This document shows positions 1 to 10,990 of a stretch of 57,111 bases of DNA, in pieces; the stretch's first letter is position 1, and each line of letters opens with the position of its first letter. Under the pieces are notes generated by a model, which made no database searches, was not told the origin of the DNA, and was given only the letters and a program-made list of their open reading frames with translations. The translations under genes and the position numbers were made by a program. Source of the DNA: an uncultured Bacteroidales bacterium (GTDB lineage: Bacteria > Bacteroidota > Bacteroidia > Bacteroidales > UBA10428); assembly GCA_964569585.1 (NCBI GenBank), contig CAZMVE010000006.1:1-57111 (forward strand). Direction: 5' to 3'.

Positions 1-1
1 G

Positions 2-1879
2 TGGAATACCAATAATAACAATACCATAACAGGAAATGCTTACCTGGAGATACAACCCCTCAGAAGCCTGAAATTACGCTCCTCTTATGGTATAAATAAC
101 TGGTACGGTTCCAGCAGGCAGTGGGTGCCTGCCTATAACTTAGGTGTTCAAACTTTTGAGGAATACGATTTTCTGCGCCAGAATATGTGGTCGGGGTATA
201 CATGGACATCGACCAGTACGGCAAGCTACGATTTTAAGATCCAAAACATGCACTCATTTAGCATACTTACCGGTGCCGAGTTTATAAGAAATGCCAGGAG
301 CCTGAGCATTGAGGGTGAAAATAGAAACAGCGTTTATAACGATTACGAATATGCTTACCTGGATAATTTCGATCCGCTGGATGCTGGCAATGTTACACTG
401 GCCAGCTTCGGATCGAAAGATGAATATGGCTGGGCCATGATATCGTATTTTGGTAGGTTAACTTACGATTTCAAAGAAACCTACCTCCTGAATGCCACAC
501 TTCGTTATGACGGTTCTTCTAATTTCAATCGTGGCCATCGATTTGGAATGTTCCCTTCGTTCTCTGCCGGTTGGGTGCTTTCCAATGAGGATTTTATGCA
601 AAATACCTCATCGTGGCTCAATTTCATGAAATTGCGTTTTAGCTGGGGACAAAACGGGAACCAGGATGTTGGGAGAAAATTTGCTTACCAGGCGAATATT
701 TCTACTGAAGGAGTTAATTACTTTTTCGGCCCCGATCATTCACTTATCACTGTTGGTTCTACTCCCTACCAGGTGCCTAACTCAGGAATTCATTGGGAAA
801 CATCGGAACAAACTAATGTAGGTACCGATATGTATATGCTCAGTAATAAACTGCAGTTCTCGTTAGACTGGTACCGAAAAGATACAAAAGACTGGCTTAT
901 TGAAGCCCCTGCCTCCTCGATGAATGGAACAAGGCCTCCGGTTGTAAACGGCGGTAATGTAAGGAATACGGGTGTTGAAACCATGGTACGCTGGAACCAC
1001 CGCAAAGGCGACTTCAAATACAGTATTGCGGGAACTTTTGCCTATAATAAAAACGAGATGGTTAGTATCCCCAACAGCGACTCAATTATTCACGGCCCAG
1101 CCAACCAGCTCGGTAACAATACAACAGAAATGTTTCGTTGCGAAGTGGGCAAGCCTATTGGCTTCTTCTGGGGTTATATTACCGATGGAGTTATACAGGA
1201 TGAAGCTGACTTGATTGCTTACAACAGCCAGGGTACCGCTGTTGGTGATAGTGCATATTTTCCATATGCCTCCCTGAATCCCGGCGACCTGAAATTTGTG
1301 GATACCGATGGCGATGGTGATATTGATAGCGATGACAAAGTGATGATTGGTAATCCGCATCCCGATTTCATTTTCGGAATTCAACTTAATTTTGAATATA
1401 AAGGCTTTTACCTGAATTTAACAGGATACGGTCAGGCTGGCCATCAAATTGCCAAGAGTTATCGTTCGTCTGACAGCCAACGGGCAAACTGGACTGACGA
1501 GGTATATGAAACCTGGGATGGACCGGGTACATCGGACAGGTTGCCCCGTGTTGTACGAGGGGGAGGTCGTAATTGGAACTACATATCCGATATATACATT
1601 TATGATGCCGATTTCTTCCGAATCAGTAACCTGACCATTGGGTATAACCTGAAGCAGATATTCAAGAACCTTCCGGCACAGGAATTCCGTATTTACGGTG
1701 CAGCCAATAATCTCTACACCTTCACCAAGTATAATGGTATGGATCCGGAAGTGGGCTATTCTCCAACAAACGAAGGTGATCCAACAGCAGAAGATAACAC
1801 TCCCTGGGGTGCTGGTATTGACCTGGGAATCTATCCTCAATCCAGGACATTCATGCTAGGTGTAAACATTACTTTTTAA
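2..1879 (+). CDS. SusC/RagA-family TonB-dependent outer-membrane receptor, C-terminal part (5' end lies outside the window)
   Basis: The frame is open from position 2 (WNTNNNNTITGNAYLEIQPLRSLKLRSSYG...), upstream of the listed GTG at 125. It has beta-barrel-like repeats and ends in the aromatic terminus ...MLGVNITF. A SusD-like gene follows 19 nt downstream. Confidence 0.85.
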   Translation, partial: WNTNNNNTITGNAYLEIQPLRSLKLRSSYGINNWYGSSRQWVPAYNLGVQTFEEYDFLRQNMWSGYTWTSTSTASYDFKIQNMHSFSILTGAEFIRNARSLSIEGENRNSVYNDYEYAYLDNFDPLDAGNVTLASFGSKDEYGWAMISYFGRLTYDFKETYLLNATLRYDGSSNFNRGHRFGMFPSFSAGWVLSNEDFMQNTSSWLNFMKLRFSWGQNGNQDVGRKFAYQANISTEGVNYFFGPDHSLITVGSTPYQVPNSGIHWETSEQTNVGTDMYMLSNKLQFSLDWYRKDTKDWLIEAPASSMNGTRPPVVNGGNVRNTGVETMVRWNHRKGDFKYSIAGTFAYNKNEMVSIPNSDSIIHGPANQLGNNTTEMFRCEVGKPIGFFWGYITDGVIQDEADLIAYNSQGTAVGDSAYFPYASLNPGDLKFVDTDGDGDIDSDDKVMIGNPHPDFIFGIQLNFEYKGFYLNLTGYGQAGHQIAKSYRSSDSQRANWTDEVYETWDGPGTSDRLPRVVRGGGRNWNYISDIYIYDADFFRISNLTIGYNLKQIFKNLPAQEFRIYGAANNLYTFTKYNGMDPEVGYSPTNEGDPTAEDNTPWGAGIDLGIYPQSRTFMLGVNITF

Positions 1880-1897
1880 CCAAAAAACTGAATTGAC

Positions 1898-3571
1898 ATG
1901 AAAAAAATACTTTTTATTTTACCAGTAATTATGTTCCTATGGACAAGCTGTTCCGAAGAATGGCTTGACACAAAGAACTTGTACCAGAAAACTGACGAAA
2001 GCTATTTCCAAACCCCTGAGGATGTCCAGGAAATGTTAGCAGGCGCCTATTCTGCACTTCCGCTCGATGCCAATTTTAACCATCCGATGCTTGTTTCCGA
2101 CATATTGTCGGATGACTGCTTCGCTGGAGGCGATAACTCAAACGATCTTGATGGTTTTCACCGTACCGATAATTTTACAATTTCCAATCCCGATTTTTAT
2201 GAAGAACTTTATGACAGAAACTGGGAAGGAATATTAAGGACCAACCTTATTATTAAACGTTTCGATCAGGTTGAATACGAAGATGAGGTGGAACAAAACA
2301 GAGATCTTGGCGAAACTCATTTCCTGAGGGCCTATTTTTATTTCAGGGCATCGAAATTTTTCGGTCCGGTACCTCTGCGGCTCATGCCTGACGGTGATGA
2401 GGTTGTACGGGCAACTCCGGAAGTAATGTACGGGCAGATTGCCTCCGATATGAAAAAAGCCATTGAACTTCTTCCTTCAATTCGTTACCAGAATATCCCC
2501 ACAGAACGTCTGGGACATGCTACAAAATGGGCTGCACAAGCCATGATGGCGCGTATTTTCTTGTTTTATACAGGATATTACGGACAAACAGAACTTCCCC
2601 TTGCTGAAGGAGGTTCAGTATCGAAAGACCAGGTTATTAACTGGCTCGAGGAATGTATTAACAATAGCGGCCATGACCTGTTGCCCGACTTCAGAAATAA
2701 CTGGCCGTATTCTTCAGTAAGTGGTTATCCCTTTACTGCAAATAACAATCTTTCCTGGGCAGGTGAAGAAGGGGGTAATTATGAAACTATCCTGGCTGTT
2801 AAATATTCCCCCTATGCCGGGTATAACACTCCCGATCAACAACTACGTTACGCAAACATGCATAACTTAAATGTTGGTTTAAGAGACCAGTCAATCTTAC
2901 CCTTTGGTCAGGGCTGGGGACTTGGCACAGTTAATCCCCAGCTATGGGAAAGTTTCGAGGAAGGCGACCTGCGCAGGGAAGGGTCTATCCTAAACGTAAA
3001 TATTACGGATAATCCGGATGAAGCAACAGTGACTGATGCTTTTACCTGGGGAGGTGATAACCAGACTATGGAAACAGGGTACTTCCAGAAGAAATATGCC
3101 CCTATTGTTGATTATAACGCAGGAGGTGTCCTGGAGAGTATTTGGTATACAAGATATGGGGCACCATCTGACTTTATGTTGTGGAATATGCAAGACGATG
3201 TTTTAATCCGCTTTGCCGATGTTCTCCTCATGTCAGCTGAATTGGGCAGCCCGGGTGCTGCTAATTACTTTAACGAAGTTCGCACACGTGCCGGCCTGGA
3301 TCCTATTGACAACCCCTCACTCGATGATATTAAACTTGAACGCCGCCACGAATTTGCTTTCGAAGGCCTTCGTTACCACGATTTGCTGCGCTGGGGACTT
3401 GAAGATGCCAAAACTGCCATTGAAGCAGCCAATGGCATAACGGTTCTCTGGGTTTTAGAAGAGAGAGAATATTCAATTACCTTCCCGCTTGAAACAGGAG
3501 GTTTCCTTCCTATTCCTGAGACTGAAATTCTTTTAGCTGAGGGCGAATTGGTTCAGACCCCGGGATGGTAA
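1898..3571 (+). CDS. SusD/RagB-family nutrient-binding outer-membrane lipoprotein
   Basis: Lipoprotein signal (MKKILFILPVIMFLWTSC). Size is 557 aa. Typical SusD segments are present (RAYFYF, LLMSAE, ERRHEFAFEGLRYHDLLRWG). It sits directly after the SusC-like gene. Confidence 0.85.
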   Translation: MKKILFILPVIMFLWTSCSEEWLDTKNLYQKTDESYFQTPEDVQEMLAGAYSALPLDANFNHPMLVSDILSDDCFAGGDNSNDLDGFHRTDNFTISNPDFYEELYDRNWEGILRTNLIIKRFDQVEYEDEVEQNRDLGETHFLRAYFYFRASKFFGPVPLRLMPDGDEVVRATPEVMYGQIASDMKKAIELLPSIRYQNIPTERLGHATKWAAQAMMARIFLFYTGYYGQTELPLAEGGSVSKDQVINWLEECINNSGHDLLPDFRNNWPYSSVSGYPFTANNNLSWAGEEGGNYETILAVKYSPYAGYNTPDQQLRYANMHNLNVGLRDQSILPFGQGWGLGTVNPQLWESFEEGDLRREGSILNVNITDNPDEATVTDAFTWGGDNQTMETGYFQKKYAPIVDYNAGGVLESIWYTRYGAPSDFMLWNMQDDVLIRFADVLLMSAELGSPGAANYFNEVRTRAGLDPIDNPSLDDIKLERRHEFAFEGLRYHDLLRWGLEDAKTAIEAANGITVLWVLEEREYSITFPLETGGFLPIPETEILLAEGELVQTPGW

Positions 3572-3606
3572 TTTTTTAATAATAGTATTAAGGAATTGAT
3601 AATTTA

Positions 3607-3645
3607 GAAAAAGAGGTTGTCAAAATGTGGCAACCTCTTTTTTTT
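3607..3645. terminator. Bidirectional rho-independent terminator between convergent genes
   Basis: AAGAGGTTG (3611-3619) pairs with CAACCTCTT (3631-3639). An A-run lies on the left and a T-run on the right. Confidence 0.6.
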
Positions 3646-3648
3646 GAG

Positions 3649-4140
3649 TTAATCAATTATCTCATACCACTTGCTTAACGAAAATTTTCCTTCTCCGTTA
3701 TAGTATCGAAAACGTATCAACTGCACCTCGGGATCTATTTCGCGCCACGAAATTTCAAGTGCTCCGGGATGGGTCAGATTGGTGATGTATCCCCTTGTTT
3801 CCCTTCGCATTCGATCTGCCTCACGGATAGTTATTTTCTTTTTTAAATCAAGTTTCCAGCGTTGTTTTGCAAATGCTTCTTCTATGCTTTCATCGCCCAA
3901 TACTACAATATCGATACTATTAAATGTAGTAATATAGCCTTTGTAGGGCGGAACAGTTTTGCCCAACTCCAATTGTTCGATATCACTCCAAAGTTCAGGT
4001 GTCTTTTTCTTAAAGATTAATAATTCTGCTATTTTGGAATTGATGGTATCCTGAAAGACTACATGCCTGAAATTATCCCCATCCTGAGCTTCACCAATCA
4101 ATCCAAACCGTATTATTTTTACAAAATGATTCCTTGCCAT
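3649..4140 (-). CDS. Hypothetical protein (163 aa)
   Basis: Clean ORF in an otherwise empty interval, convergent with the SusD-like gene. No family recognised by eye. Confidence 0.5.
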   Translation of the reverse strand: MARNHFVKIIRFGLIGEAQDGDNFRHVVFQDTINSKIAELLIFKKKTPELWSDIEQLELGKTVPPYKGYITTFNSIDIVVLGDESIEEAFAKQRWKLDLKKKITIREADRMRRETRGYITNLTHPGALEISWREIDPEVQLIRFRYYNGEGKFSLSKWYEIID

Positions 4141-4295
4141 GAATTTCCTTTTCAGTCAATTCTTATACAATTTTACAAATATCCGCGAACACCTGAGCCA
4201 ACTTATCAACTAATCCCCGGAAAGAAGAATGGTTTACTTTATGCACCCATCATTTTAACTTTCTTTTATATATTTGTGCAAATGCTTTTTTTCTG

Positions 4296-5159
4296 ATGGA
4301 TAAGAAAGAAAAAAGAAACTTTTTTCAAAAGATAAGAGATAAATACAGATTTTCGGTTTACCGTGACGAAAGTTATGAAGAGGTGCTCAACTTAAGACTA
4401 TCGCGCATGAATGTGATAGCCTGGGGAGGAATTGCTACCCTTCTTTTTCTCGGAATTGTCATATCTATTATTGTCTATACACCGGTTAGAGAATTTATTC
4501 CGGGTTACCCTGATGAAAACACGCTAAAAAGCAGTATCAGAAATAAGCAACGACTGGATTCACTTGAAATTGAACTGAACAGGCGCGATATGTACCTGGA
4601 TAATATTAACCGTATCATATCGGGTGAAGAACCTGAGAATTACAATAATGTCAGGGATACAAACCAAAATTATAATGATATTAAATTCACTCGCTCTACA
4701 GAGGATTCTCTGATGAGGGAATATTTCAGGGAGGAAGAACAATTTGGAATAAATAAAGACAAGAAAAGCGAGACCATAGGAGGTATTTCCCAGATGCATT
4801 TCTTTGCACCTGTCAAAGGACTGGTTACCAATTCATTCAATTCGGTAGGAGATCATTATGGTACGGATATAGTTGCTGCTGCAAACGAAGTTGTAAAAGC
4901 TACGCTGGCAGGTACCATAATTATGGCAACATGGACACTCGAAACGGGTTGGGTTATTCAGATTCAGCATAAAAATAATCTTATATCAATTTATAAACAC
5001 AATGCTGAATTACTTAAAAGAGTTGGCGATTATGTAGAAGTTGGAGAAGCTATTGCAATTATTGGTAATTCCGGTGAATTAACAACGGGTCCGCATTTGC
5101 ATTTCGAATTGTGGTACAATGGTATTCCTCTTGACCCTGAAGATTATATTTCGTTCTGA
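4296..5159 (+). CDS. M23-family metallopeptidase (LytM/peptidoglycan DD-endopeptidase-like) with an N-terminal TM helix
   Basis: The C-terminal domain has GTDIVAAANEVVKATLAGTII...IQHKNNLISIYKHN...GNSGELTTGPHLHFELW, the M23 HxH signature context. Confidence 0.8.
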   Translation: MDKKEKRNFFQKIRDKYRFSVYRDESYEEVLNLRLSRMNVIAWGGIATLLFLGIVISIIVYTPVREFIPGYPDENTLKSSIRNKQRLDSLEIELNRRDMYLDNINRIISGEEPENYNNVRDTNQNYNDIKFTRSTEDSLMREYFREEEQFGINKDKKSETIGGISQMHFFAPVKGLVTNSFNSVGDHYGTDIVAAANEVVKATLAGTIIMATWTLETGWVIQIQHKNNLISIYKHNAELLKRVGDYVEVGEAIAIIGNSGELTTGPHLHFELWYNGIPLDPEDYISF

Positions 5160-5178
5160 AAGTGTTCATCCTTTATAA

Positions 5179-6333
5179 TTGATAATGAGAAAGAGAGTAG
5201 CCATTCTGGGATCGACTGGTTCAATTGGCACACAAACACTCGATGTCATTTCACATCATCCGGAAGTTTTTGAGGTATCGGTAATTACTGCCAGAAATAA
5301 CGTTGATCTGCTCGTTGATCAGGCGCTCAGATATATTCCAAAACATGTTGTTGTTACCAATGAAAAACGCTACCGGGAAGTATCAGATGCACTTAAAGGA
5401 TTACCAACTGAAGTACATGCAGGCGATAAGTATCTTTCGGAAATAGTACAACTGAAAGAGATTGATATTGTACTCTCTGCGCTTGTAGGATTTGCTGGTT
5501 TATTACCCACCATCAAAGCACTGGAATCGGGCAAGAATATTGCGTTGGCCAATAAAGAAACTCTTGTGGTTGCCGGAGAACTTATTACAGAACTGGCCCG
5601 GAATAATGACTGTCAAATTTATCCGGTCGATTCGGAACATTCGGCAATTTTTCAGTGTCTTGTCGGTGAGAACCGGAAAAGCATCGAAAAAATTTATCTT
5701 ACAGCCTCGGGAGGACCTTTTCGGGGAATGAACGCAGAACAGTTAAAGAAAGTAACGCTGCATCAGGCACTGGATCACCCCAACTGGTGCATGGGGAATA
5801 AGGTTACTATTGATTCAGCATCGCTGATGAATAAAGGACTGGAGGCTATTGAAGCAAAATGGCTTTTTGATCTTACACCTGAACAAGTAGAGATAATTAT
5901 CCATCCGCAATCTATTATTCATTCTATTGTTCAGTTTCACGACGGATCTATGAAAGCTCAGATGGGACTGCCTGATATGAGATTGCCCATTCAATATGCA
6001 CTGGGTTATCCGGAAAGATTATCAAGCGATTTCCCCCGATTTAATTTTATCGATTATCCGAAACTTACTTTCGAAAAACCTGATACTGATGTTTTTCGTA
6101 ATCTCGCCCTGGCTCTAAATTCTATGCATTCAGGTGGCAACATGCCGTGCATTATGAATGCAGCCAATGAAGTTACAGTTGATGCTTTTCTTAACGATCG
6201 GATTCCTTTTTACAGGATGCCTGAGATCATTGAAAACGCAATGGCTAAAGTCAGTTTTATAACCCACCCATCAATAGAGGATTATACGATAAGTGATTCC
6301 GAAGCAAGACAATTTGCAAGCGAGATGATATAA
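5179..6333 (+). CDS. dxr: 1-deoxy-D-xylulose-5-phosphate reductoisomerase
   Basis: N-terminal NADPH-binding motif VAILGSTGSIGTQTLDV, plus LANKE, PVDSEHSAIFQC and GGPF motifs. Size is 384 aa. The start may be the second Met at 5185. Confidence 0.93.
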   Translation: MIMRKRVAILGSTGSIGTQTLDVISHHPEVFEVSVITARNNVDLLVDQALRYIPKHVVVTNEKRYREVSDALKGLPTEVHAGDKYLSEIVQLKEIDIVLSALVGFAGLLPTIKALESGKNIALANKETLVVAGELITELARNNDCQIYPVDSEHSAIFQCLVGENRKSIEKIYLTASGGPFRGMNAEQLKKVTLHQALDHPNWCMGNKVTIDSASLMNKGLEAIEAKWLFDLTPEQVEIIIHPQSIIHSIVQFHDGSMKAQMGLPDMRLPIQYALGYPERLSSDFPRFNFIDYPKLTFEKPDTDVFRNLALALNSMHSGGNMPCIMNAANEVTVDAFLNDRIPFYRMPEIIENAMAKVSFITHPSIEDYTISDSEARQFASEMI

Positions 6334-6558
6334 ATTGACCGCTTTCTTGACCTTGTGTTCAAATATTATAATTTTGCAGGGCTTTATTTATTGCTATACT
6401 GGTTTCTTTTCTTTTAATAATATTGCCGGATAGCATAACAGAACACTCAAGATTATAGTTATTCAATTTAACTAACTACTTGCTGTAAATATAGCTTAAA
6501 TCAAAAAATGAACTTTTTTGTACACAATTGTTTAATGAATTATATCTTAATTTAAAGA

Positions 6559-7923
6559 ATGAAAATAATAATCCAGATTGGTCAGCTACTTTTATCCCTA
6601 TCCATTCTCATTATACTCCATGAATTAGGGCATTTCATATTCGCACGTATTTTTAAAACCCGTGTCGAAAAATTTTACTTATTTTTTAATCCATGGTTTT
6701 CACTTTTTAAGGTAAAAAAAGGAGAAACTGAATATGGTATAGGCTGGTTGCCTTTGGGGGGGTATGTAAAAATTTCCGGGATGATAGATGAATCGATGGA
6801 TAAGGAACAATTGAAGAAACCTCCCCAACCTTATGAATTTCGTACAAAACCTGCATGGCAGCGTTTATTTATTATGCTTGGAGGGGTACTGGTGAATCTT
6901 CTGCTTGGATTTTTAATTTTCACTTTCATTCTTTTTAACTGGGGCGAAAAATACCTGCCGAATACCAATCTAACAGATGGAATCTGGGTTACAGATTCGA
7001 TAATGTATGATGTGGGCCTGCAAACAGGCGATAAGATAATATCCGTTAATGATACGAAGCCTGAAAGTTTTATTAACATCCTGGAGGAGATGCTTTATGG
7101 AGGAGAAATGCATCTTGTCAGGAATAACCGCGATACTGTTGTGATTATTCCCCAGGATTTTGCAGGCAGAATTGTGGATAACAGCATTCACAAACGTGGA
7201 TTCCTTATTTACCCGAGGATACCTTTTATCATCAGAGAAGTTCCGGATACATCACAAAATGCCGGCTCCGGGCTTGAAGCCAAGGATATGATTGTTCAGA
7301 TCAATGATATACCGGTGAAATATGCCGACGAAATTGTATCAATACTCGATACTATTCGTGGGAAGACCATTTCGGTTGTTATCGACCGGAAAGGAGAAGA
7401 ACATGAACTGATGGTGGATGTGAGTGATGAAGGTAAACTTGGGATTGTATACGGTTTCCTGAACTTCGATCAACTCGAAAAATTGGGAGTATATAATTTT
7501 TCGACCTACGAATATACCTTCCTGCAATCGATTCCTGCAGGATTTCTTCGTGCTAAGGAAGAACTTCTTTCCTACATCCGGCAGATCGGGTTGATATTTA
7601 ATTTTAAATCGGGTGCTTATAAAGCTGTTGGGGGTTTTGGAGCCATAACGAATCTTTTTCCTCCAATCTGGAATTGGGAAGCTTTCTGGAATATTACCGC
7701 TCTTTTATCTATTATGCTGGCTTTTATAAATATACTTCCTATTCCTGCTCTTGACGGCGGGCATGTTACATTTTTAATTTTTGAAATGGTTACGGGGCGC
7801 AAACCCGGGGAGAAATTTCTTGAATATGCTCAAATGGTTGGTATGTTTATTATACTTTTCCTCCTGTTGTATGCAAATGGTAACGATGTTTACCGATTAA
7901 TTCTCCGATGGATCGGAAAATAA
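6559..7923 (+). CDS. rseP: RIP (site-2) zinc metalloprotease RseP
   Basis: HELGHF zinc motif in the first TM helix, central PDZ-like region, and C-terminal LPIPALDGGH motif. Confidence 0.85.
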   Translation: MKIIIQIGQLLLSLSILIILHELGHFIFARIFKTRVEKFYLFFNPWFSLFKVKKGETEYGIGWLPLGGYVKISGMIDESMDKEQLKKPPQPYEFRTKPAWQRLFIMLGGVLVNLLLGFLIFTFILFNWGEKYLPNTNLTDGIWVTDSIMYDVGLQTGDKIISVNDTKPESFINILEEMLYGGEMHLVRNNRDTVVIIPQDFAGRIVDNSIHKRGFLIYPRIPFIIREVPDTSQNAGSGLEAKDMIVQINDIPVKYADEIVSILDTIRGKTISVVIDRKGEEHELMVDVSDEGKLGIVYGFLNFDQLEKLGVYNFSTYEYTFLQSIPAGFLRAKEELLSYIRQIGLIFNFKSGAYKAVGGFGAITNLFPPIWNWEAFWNITALLSIMLAFINILPIPALDGGHVTFLIFEMVTGRKPGEKFLEYAQMVGMFIILFLLLYANGNDVYRLILRWIGK

Positions 7924-7951
7924 TATGTAACTTTGATTAAAATATACTGAA

Positions 7952-8155
7952 ATGGCTACAATCATTTTGCTTGGAACACCGGGTCCTTTTGAGATTATTC
8001 TGATAGTAGTTATATTGCTTTTGCTTTTTGGTGGGCGAAAAATTCCGGAGTTAATGCGAGGGCTGGGTCAGGGGATGAAGGAGTTTAAAAAAGCAACCCG
8101 GGATGATGCTCCGGAAGAAAAGAAAAAAGACGTTATTGATCCTGAGAAGGAATAG
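7952..8155 (+). CDS. tatA: Twin-arginine translocase subunit TatA/E
   Basis: A 67-aa protein with a single TM helix followed by FGGRKIPELMRGLGQGMKEFKKA, the amphipathic helix typical of TatA. Confidence 0.85.
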   Translation: MATIILLGTPGPFEIILIVVILLLLFGGRKIPELMRGLGQGMKEFKKATRDDAPEEKKKDVIDPEKE

Positions 8156-8213
8156 TATAACAGAAGAGATTCTTTGAGAAGGTAATACCCTAACGCTAAA
8201 TAATTCATTTATA

Positions 8214-9413
8214 ATGAAAAGGAATTTTTTTCCTTTACTATTTATTATCATTCCTTTCCTCAGTCAGAATTTATTTTGTCAATCATATACCGGAACTGCC
8301 GGTACCACTTTTACCTCATTAGATAATCCTAATATAATATCCGGAAATCCTTCTGCTTTCAGTTCGTCCTATAATTTTGAATATGATGTGGGGACACTAA
8401 ATAAATGTACACCCATCGATCTTCAGTTTAATACGGAGGTAGAAAAGGCAATTAATTATTTCCTTTCAAAACGACGGGCTGATATTAAAGTTTATCTGCA
8501 GCGTTCAACCTATTACTTCCCACTGATCGAAGAGCTACTTGATAAGTACGATCTCCCACTCGAACTAAAGTACATTGTTGTTATTGAATCGGGATTAAAT
8601 CCTTTAGCCAAATCGAGTTCAGGAGCGGTTGGGCTTTGGCAGTTCCTGTTTTCAACCTGTTCTTTATTCGATTTAAAAGTCGACTCCTATATTGATGAGC
8701 GCAGGGATATATATAAATCGACCGAGGCTGCCTGTAGATACATGCAATATCTTTATCGTACCTATAACGATTGGAACCTGGTAATGGCGGGTTATTGCGG
8801 TGGTCCCGGTGATGTTCGTAAAGCTATTGAACGTTCCGGTGGTAAAACTGATTATTGGGAAATTCGTCCTTTTCTTACTGAACAGGCACGTAACTACATT
8901 CCGACCTTTCTTGCCATTGACTATCTGATGAATTATTATGAAGCATATGATATTGCGCCTGGTAAGTTAAGTTATTCATGGAGCGATGTGGATACAATTC
9001 AAATAAATTACTCCGTTTCATTTCAGCAGATTGCTTCTGTGCTTGGTATTCCGGTATCAGAAATTGAATGGCTAAACCCGGTTTATCGGAAAGGAATCAT
9101 TCCTGACCTGCCGGAGCCTTGTATTTTAATTCTTCCTAAAGATCATATGTTGAATTATATTCGAAACGAAAGCAGGATAATTGCTGTTTCTGTACCAGAG
9201 AAAGACTATAATACACTGATGGCATTTGCAGGAACAACAGATAATTGTAAATTGATCACTCATACCGTGAGGAGCGGAGAGTATTTCCACAAAATAGCTA
9301 TAAACTATAATTGTACTATAGAGAATATAAAGGCATGGAATAACCTGAATAGCCTGAATGCCTATCCCGGGCAAATACTTAAGATATGGATACCCAGCAA
9401 AGATGAATATTGA
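8214..9413 (+). CDS. Lytic murein transglycosylase (SLT domain) with a C-terminal LysM domain, MltD-like
   Basis: Signal peptide. SLT catalytic segment VIESGLNPLAKSSSGAVGLWQF. C-terminal LysM-like HTVRSGEYFHKIAINYNCTIENIKAWNNL. Confidence 0.8.
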   Translation: MKRNFFPLLFIIIPFLSQNLFCQSYTGTAGTTFTSLDNPNIISGNPSAFSSSYNFEYDVGTLNKCTPIDLQFNTEVEKAINYFLSKRRADIKVYLQRSTYYFPLIEELLDKYDLPLELKYIVVIESGLNPLAKSSSGAVGLWQFLFSTCSLFDLKVDSYIDERRDIYKSTEAACRYMQYLYRTYNDWNLVMAGYCGGPGDVRKAIERSGGKTDYWEIRPFLTEQARNYIPTFLAIDYLMNYYEAYDIAPGKLSYSWSDVDTIQINYSVSFQQIASVLGIPVSEIEWLNPVYRKGIIPDLPEPCILILPKDHMLNYIRNESRIIAVSVPEKDYNTLMAFAGTTDNCKLITHTVRSGEYFHKIAINYNCTIENIKAWNNLNSLNAYPGQILKIWIPSKDEY

Positions 9414-9477
9414 ATTCTATTAGCGGCAGGTTTTTTGTAAGGAATTTCATAATTAGTAATATAAAACATCCCTAAAA

Positions 9478-10485
9478 ATGAGAATTTCTATTTTATCACT
9501 GATTATAGCATTGATGATATCCTGTAAACCTGGTAATAGGGAATCGCTGAAACCCATGCCATCCGGTGCGCCGGGAGATCTTCTTCTGGTAATGAGCAAT
9601 AAATTATGGGAATCGTTTTCAGGCGATACAATTCGCAGTATTTTGGCGGGTCCGGTTGATGCTCTTCCCCAGGATGAGCCGCGATTTGATGTAATTAGAA
9701 TTGACCATAGTGCTTTTGGGAAACATTTTAAACAACAGCGTAATATCGTTGTTGTAAAGGTCGGCTCAGATCAGCAGGAAGCAGAAATATTGGTACAGAA
9801 GGGACTTTGGGCACGCACACAAATTTTAATTTCATTACTTGCTCCCGATGAGAGCGCATTAATACTATTATTAAATGAGAATCGCGATAAACTTTTATCG
9901 CTGCTTGTAAACACTGAGCTTAAAAGATTAATGGATGCCTATCATTCCAGTAGTGACAAAACCCTTACTGATAAGTTAAAGGAAGAACAGAATTTATTGC
10001 TGACAGTTCCGGTAGGATATGAAATAAATACCTTAGATAAGGATTTCGTATGGCTCTCGCAGGAGTACCGCGATATTATTCAGGGGATTCTGATTTATAG
10101 CTATCCCTATACTGATAAAGAAACTTTTACACGTGATTATTTAGTGGCGAAAAGAAATATTTTTCTTAAGAAGAATGTTCCCGGAGAACTGGAAGGTTCC
10201 TATATGACAACCGAACCTTTATTCCCTCCTTTATTTAGGGAGTATGAGATGAATGATGAAAATTATACAGCTGAGCTGCGCGGCTTATGGCGGGTACAGG
10301 ATGGATTGGCAATGGGGGGTCCGTTTGTCAGCATAACACAACTCGATCAGGAACGTAATCGGATTGTTACCGTAGAAGGTTTTGTCTTTGCTCCGGGCCA
10401 TAAAAAAAGAGACCTGCTACAGCAACTTGAAGCCATAATTTTCACACTAAATTTTATCGATAACCAGAGTACCCATAGTGAATGA
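9478..10485 (+). CDS. Putative lipoprotein of unknown function (possibly DUF4837-like)
   Basis: Lipoprotein signal (LIIALMISC). The ORF is 335 aa. The family assignment is from memory of this gene neighbourhood only, so it is weak. Confidence 0.5.
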   Translation: MRISILSLIIALMISCKPGNRESLKPMPSGAPGDLLLVMSNKLWESFSGDTIRSILAGPVDALPQDEPRFDVIRIDHSAFGKHFKQQRNIVVVKVGSDQQEAEILVQKGLWARTQILISLLAPDESALILLLNENRDKLLSLLVNTELKRLMDAYHSSSDKTLTDKLKEEQNLLLTVPVGYEINTLDKDFVWLSQEYRDIIQGILIYSYPYTDKETFTRDYLVAKRNIFLKKNVPGELEGSYMTTEPLFPPLFREYEMNDENYTAELRGLWRVQDGLAMGGPFVSITQLDQERNRIVTVEGFVFAPGHKKRDLLQQLEAIIFTLNFIDNQSTHSE

Positions 10486-10852
10486 GTTGGTACCTCTATC
10501 CGGGGATGATATTAATCGATATCGTAACGACCGTGAAATTGTTCGTAAAACTGCGCTGCAAATAATTAAAGATTTTGACCGATTTAGGATTGAGGTTCAG
10601 TTTCCCGGTGACCTGCATATGGCATATGATGACTTATTCGCTCAACTTTCGCCCGTAATTCAGAATTTACTAAATACTAGTCATTCTACACTTTATGCAT
10701 TGCTCTATACCATCGATCTGAACGAACGCGCCATTGTCAAGGGAGTTACTGAGATGGCAAACCTGGAAATACACGAGGTCATTTCCCATCTGCTTCTCGA
10801 GCGTGAATTAAAAAAAGTTATTACGCGCGAATATTTTAGTCGGAACAAATAG
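10478..10852 (+). CDS. Hypothetical protein (124 aa), translationally coupled to the upstream gene
   Basis: The only usable start is a GTG overlapping the upstream stop (GTGAATGA). The next Met is 47 codons in. No family recognised. Confidence 0.4.
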   Translation: MNELVPLSGDDINRYRNDREIVRKTALQIIKDFDRFRIEVQFPGDLHMAYDDLFAQLSPVIQNLLNTSHSTLYALLYTIDLNERAIVKGVTEMANLEIHEVISHLLLERELKKVITREYFSRNK

Positions 10853-10990
10853 AATTCTTTTAGCTTTAGCAGGTACCTATAATTATTCAATTCTCACTTA
10901 GAATTATTATTTTTAGCCAATGTTAGAAAAAATTGGAAAGGAATAATTTTAAAATCCTTATTTATGGAACAGGATTAATGGGAGAATGAT

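Noticed and set aside
6334-6558. The long intergenic region before rseP, and others (27305-27466, 33904-34077, 41205-41491, 41939-42203), checked for tRNA or small-RNA genes.
   Set aside because: No cloverleaf-compatible sequence, no repeats and no strong hairpins beyond the terminator already listed. They were treated as promoter or UTR regions.
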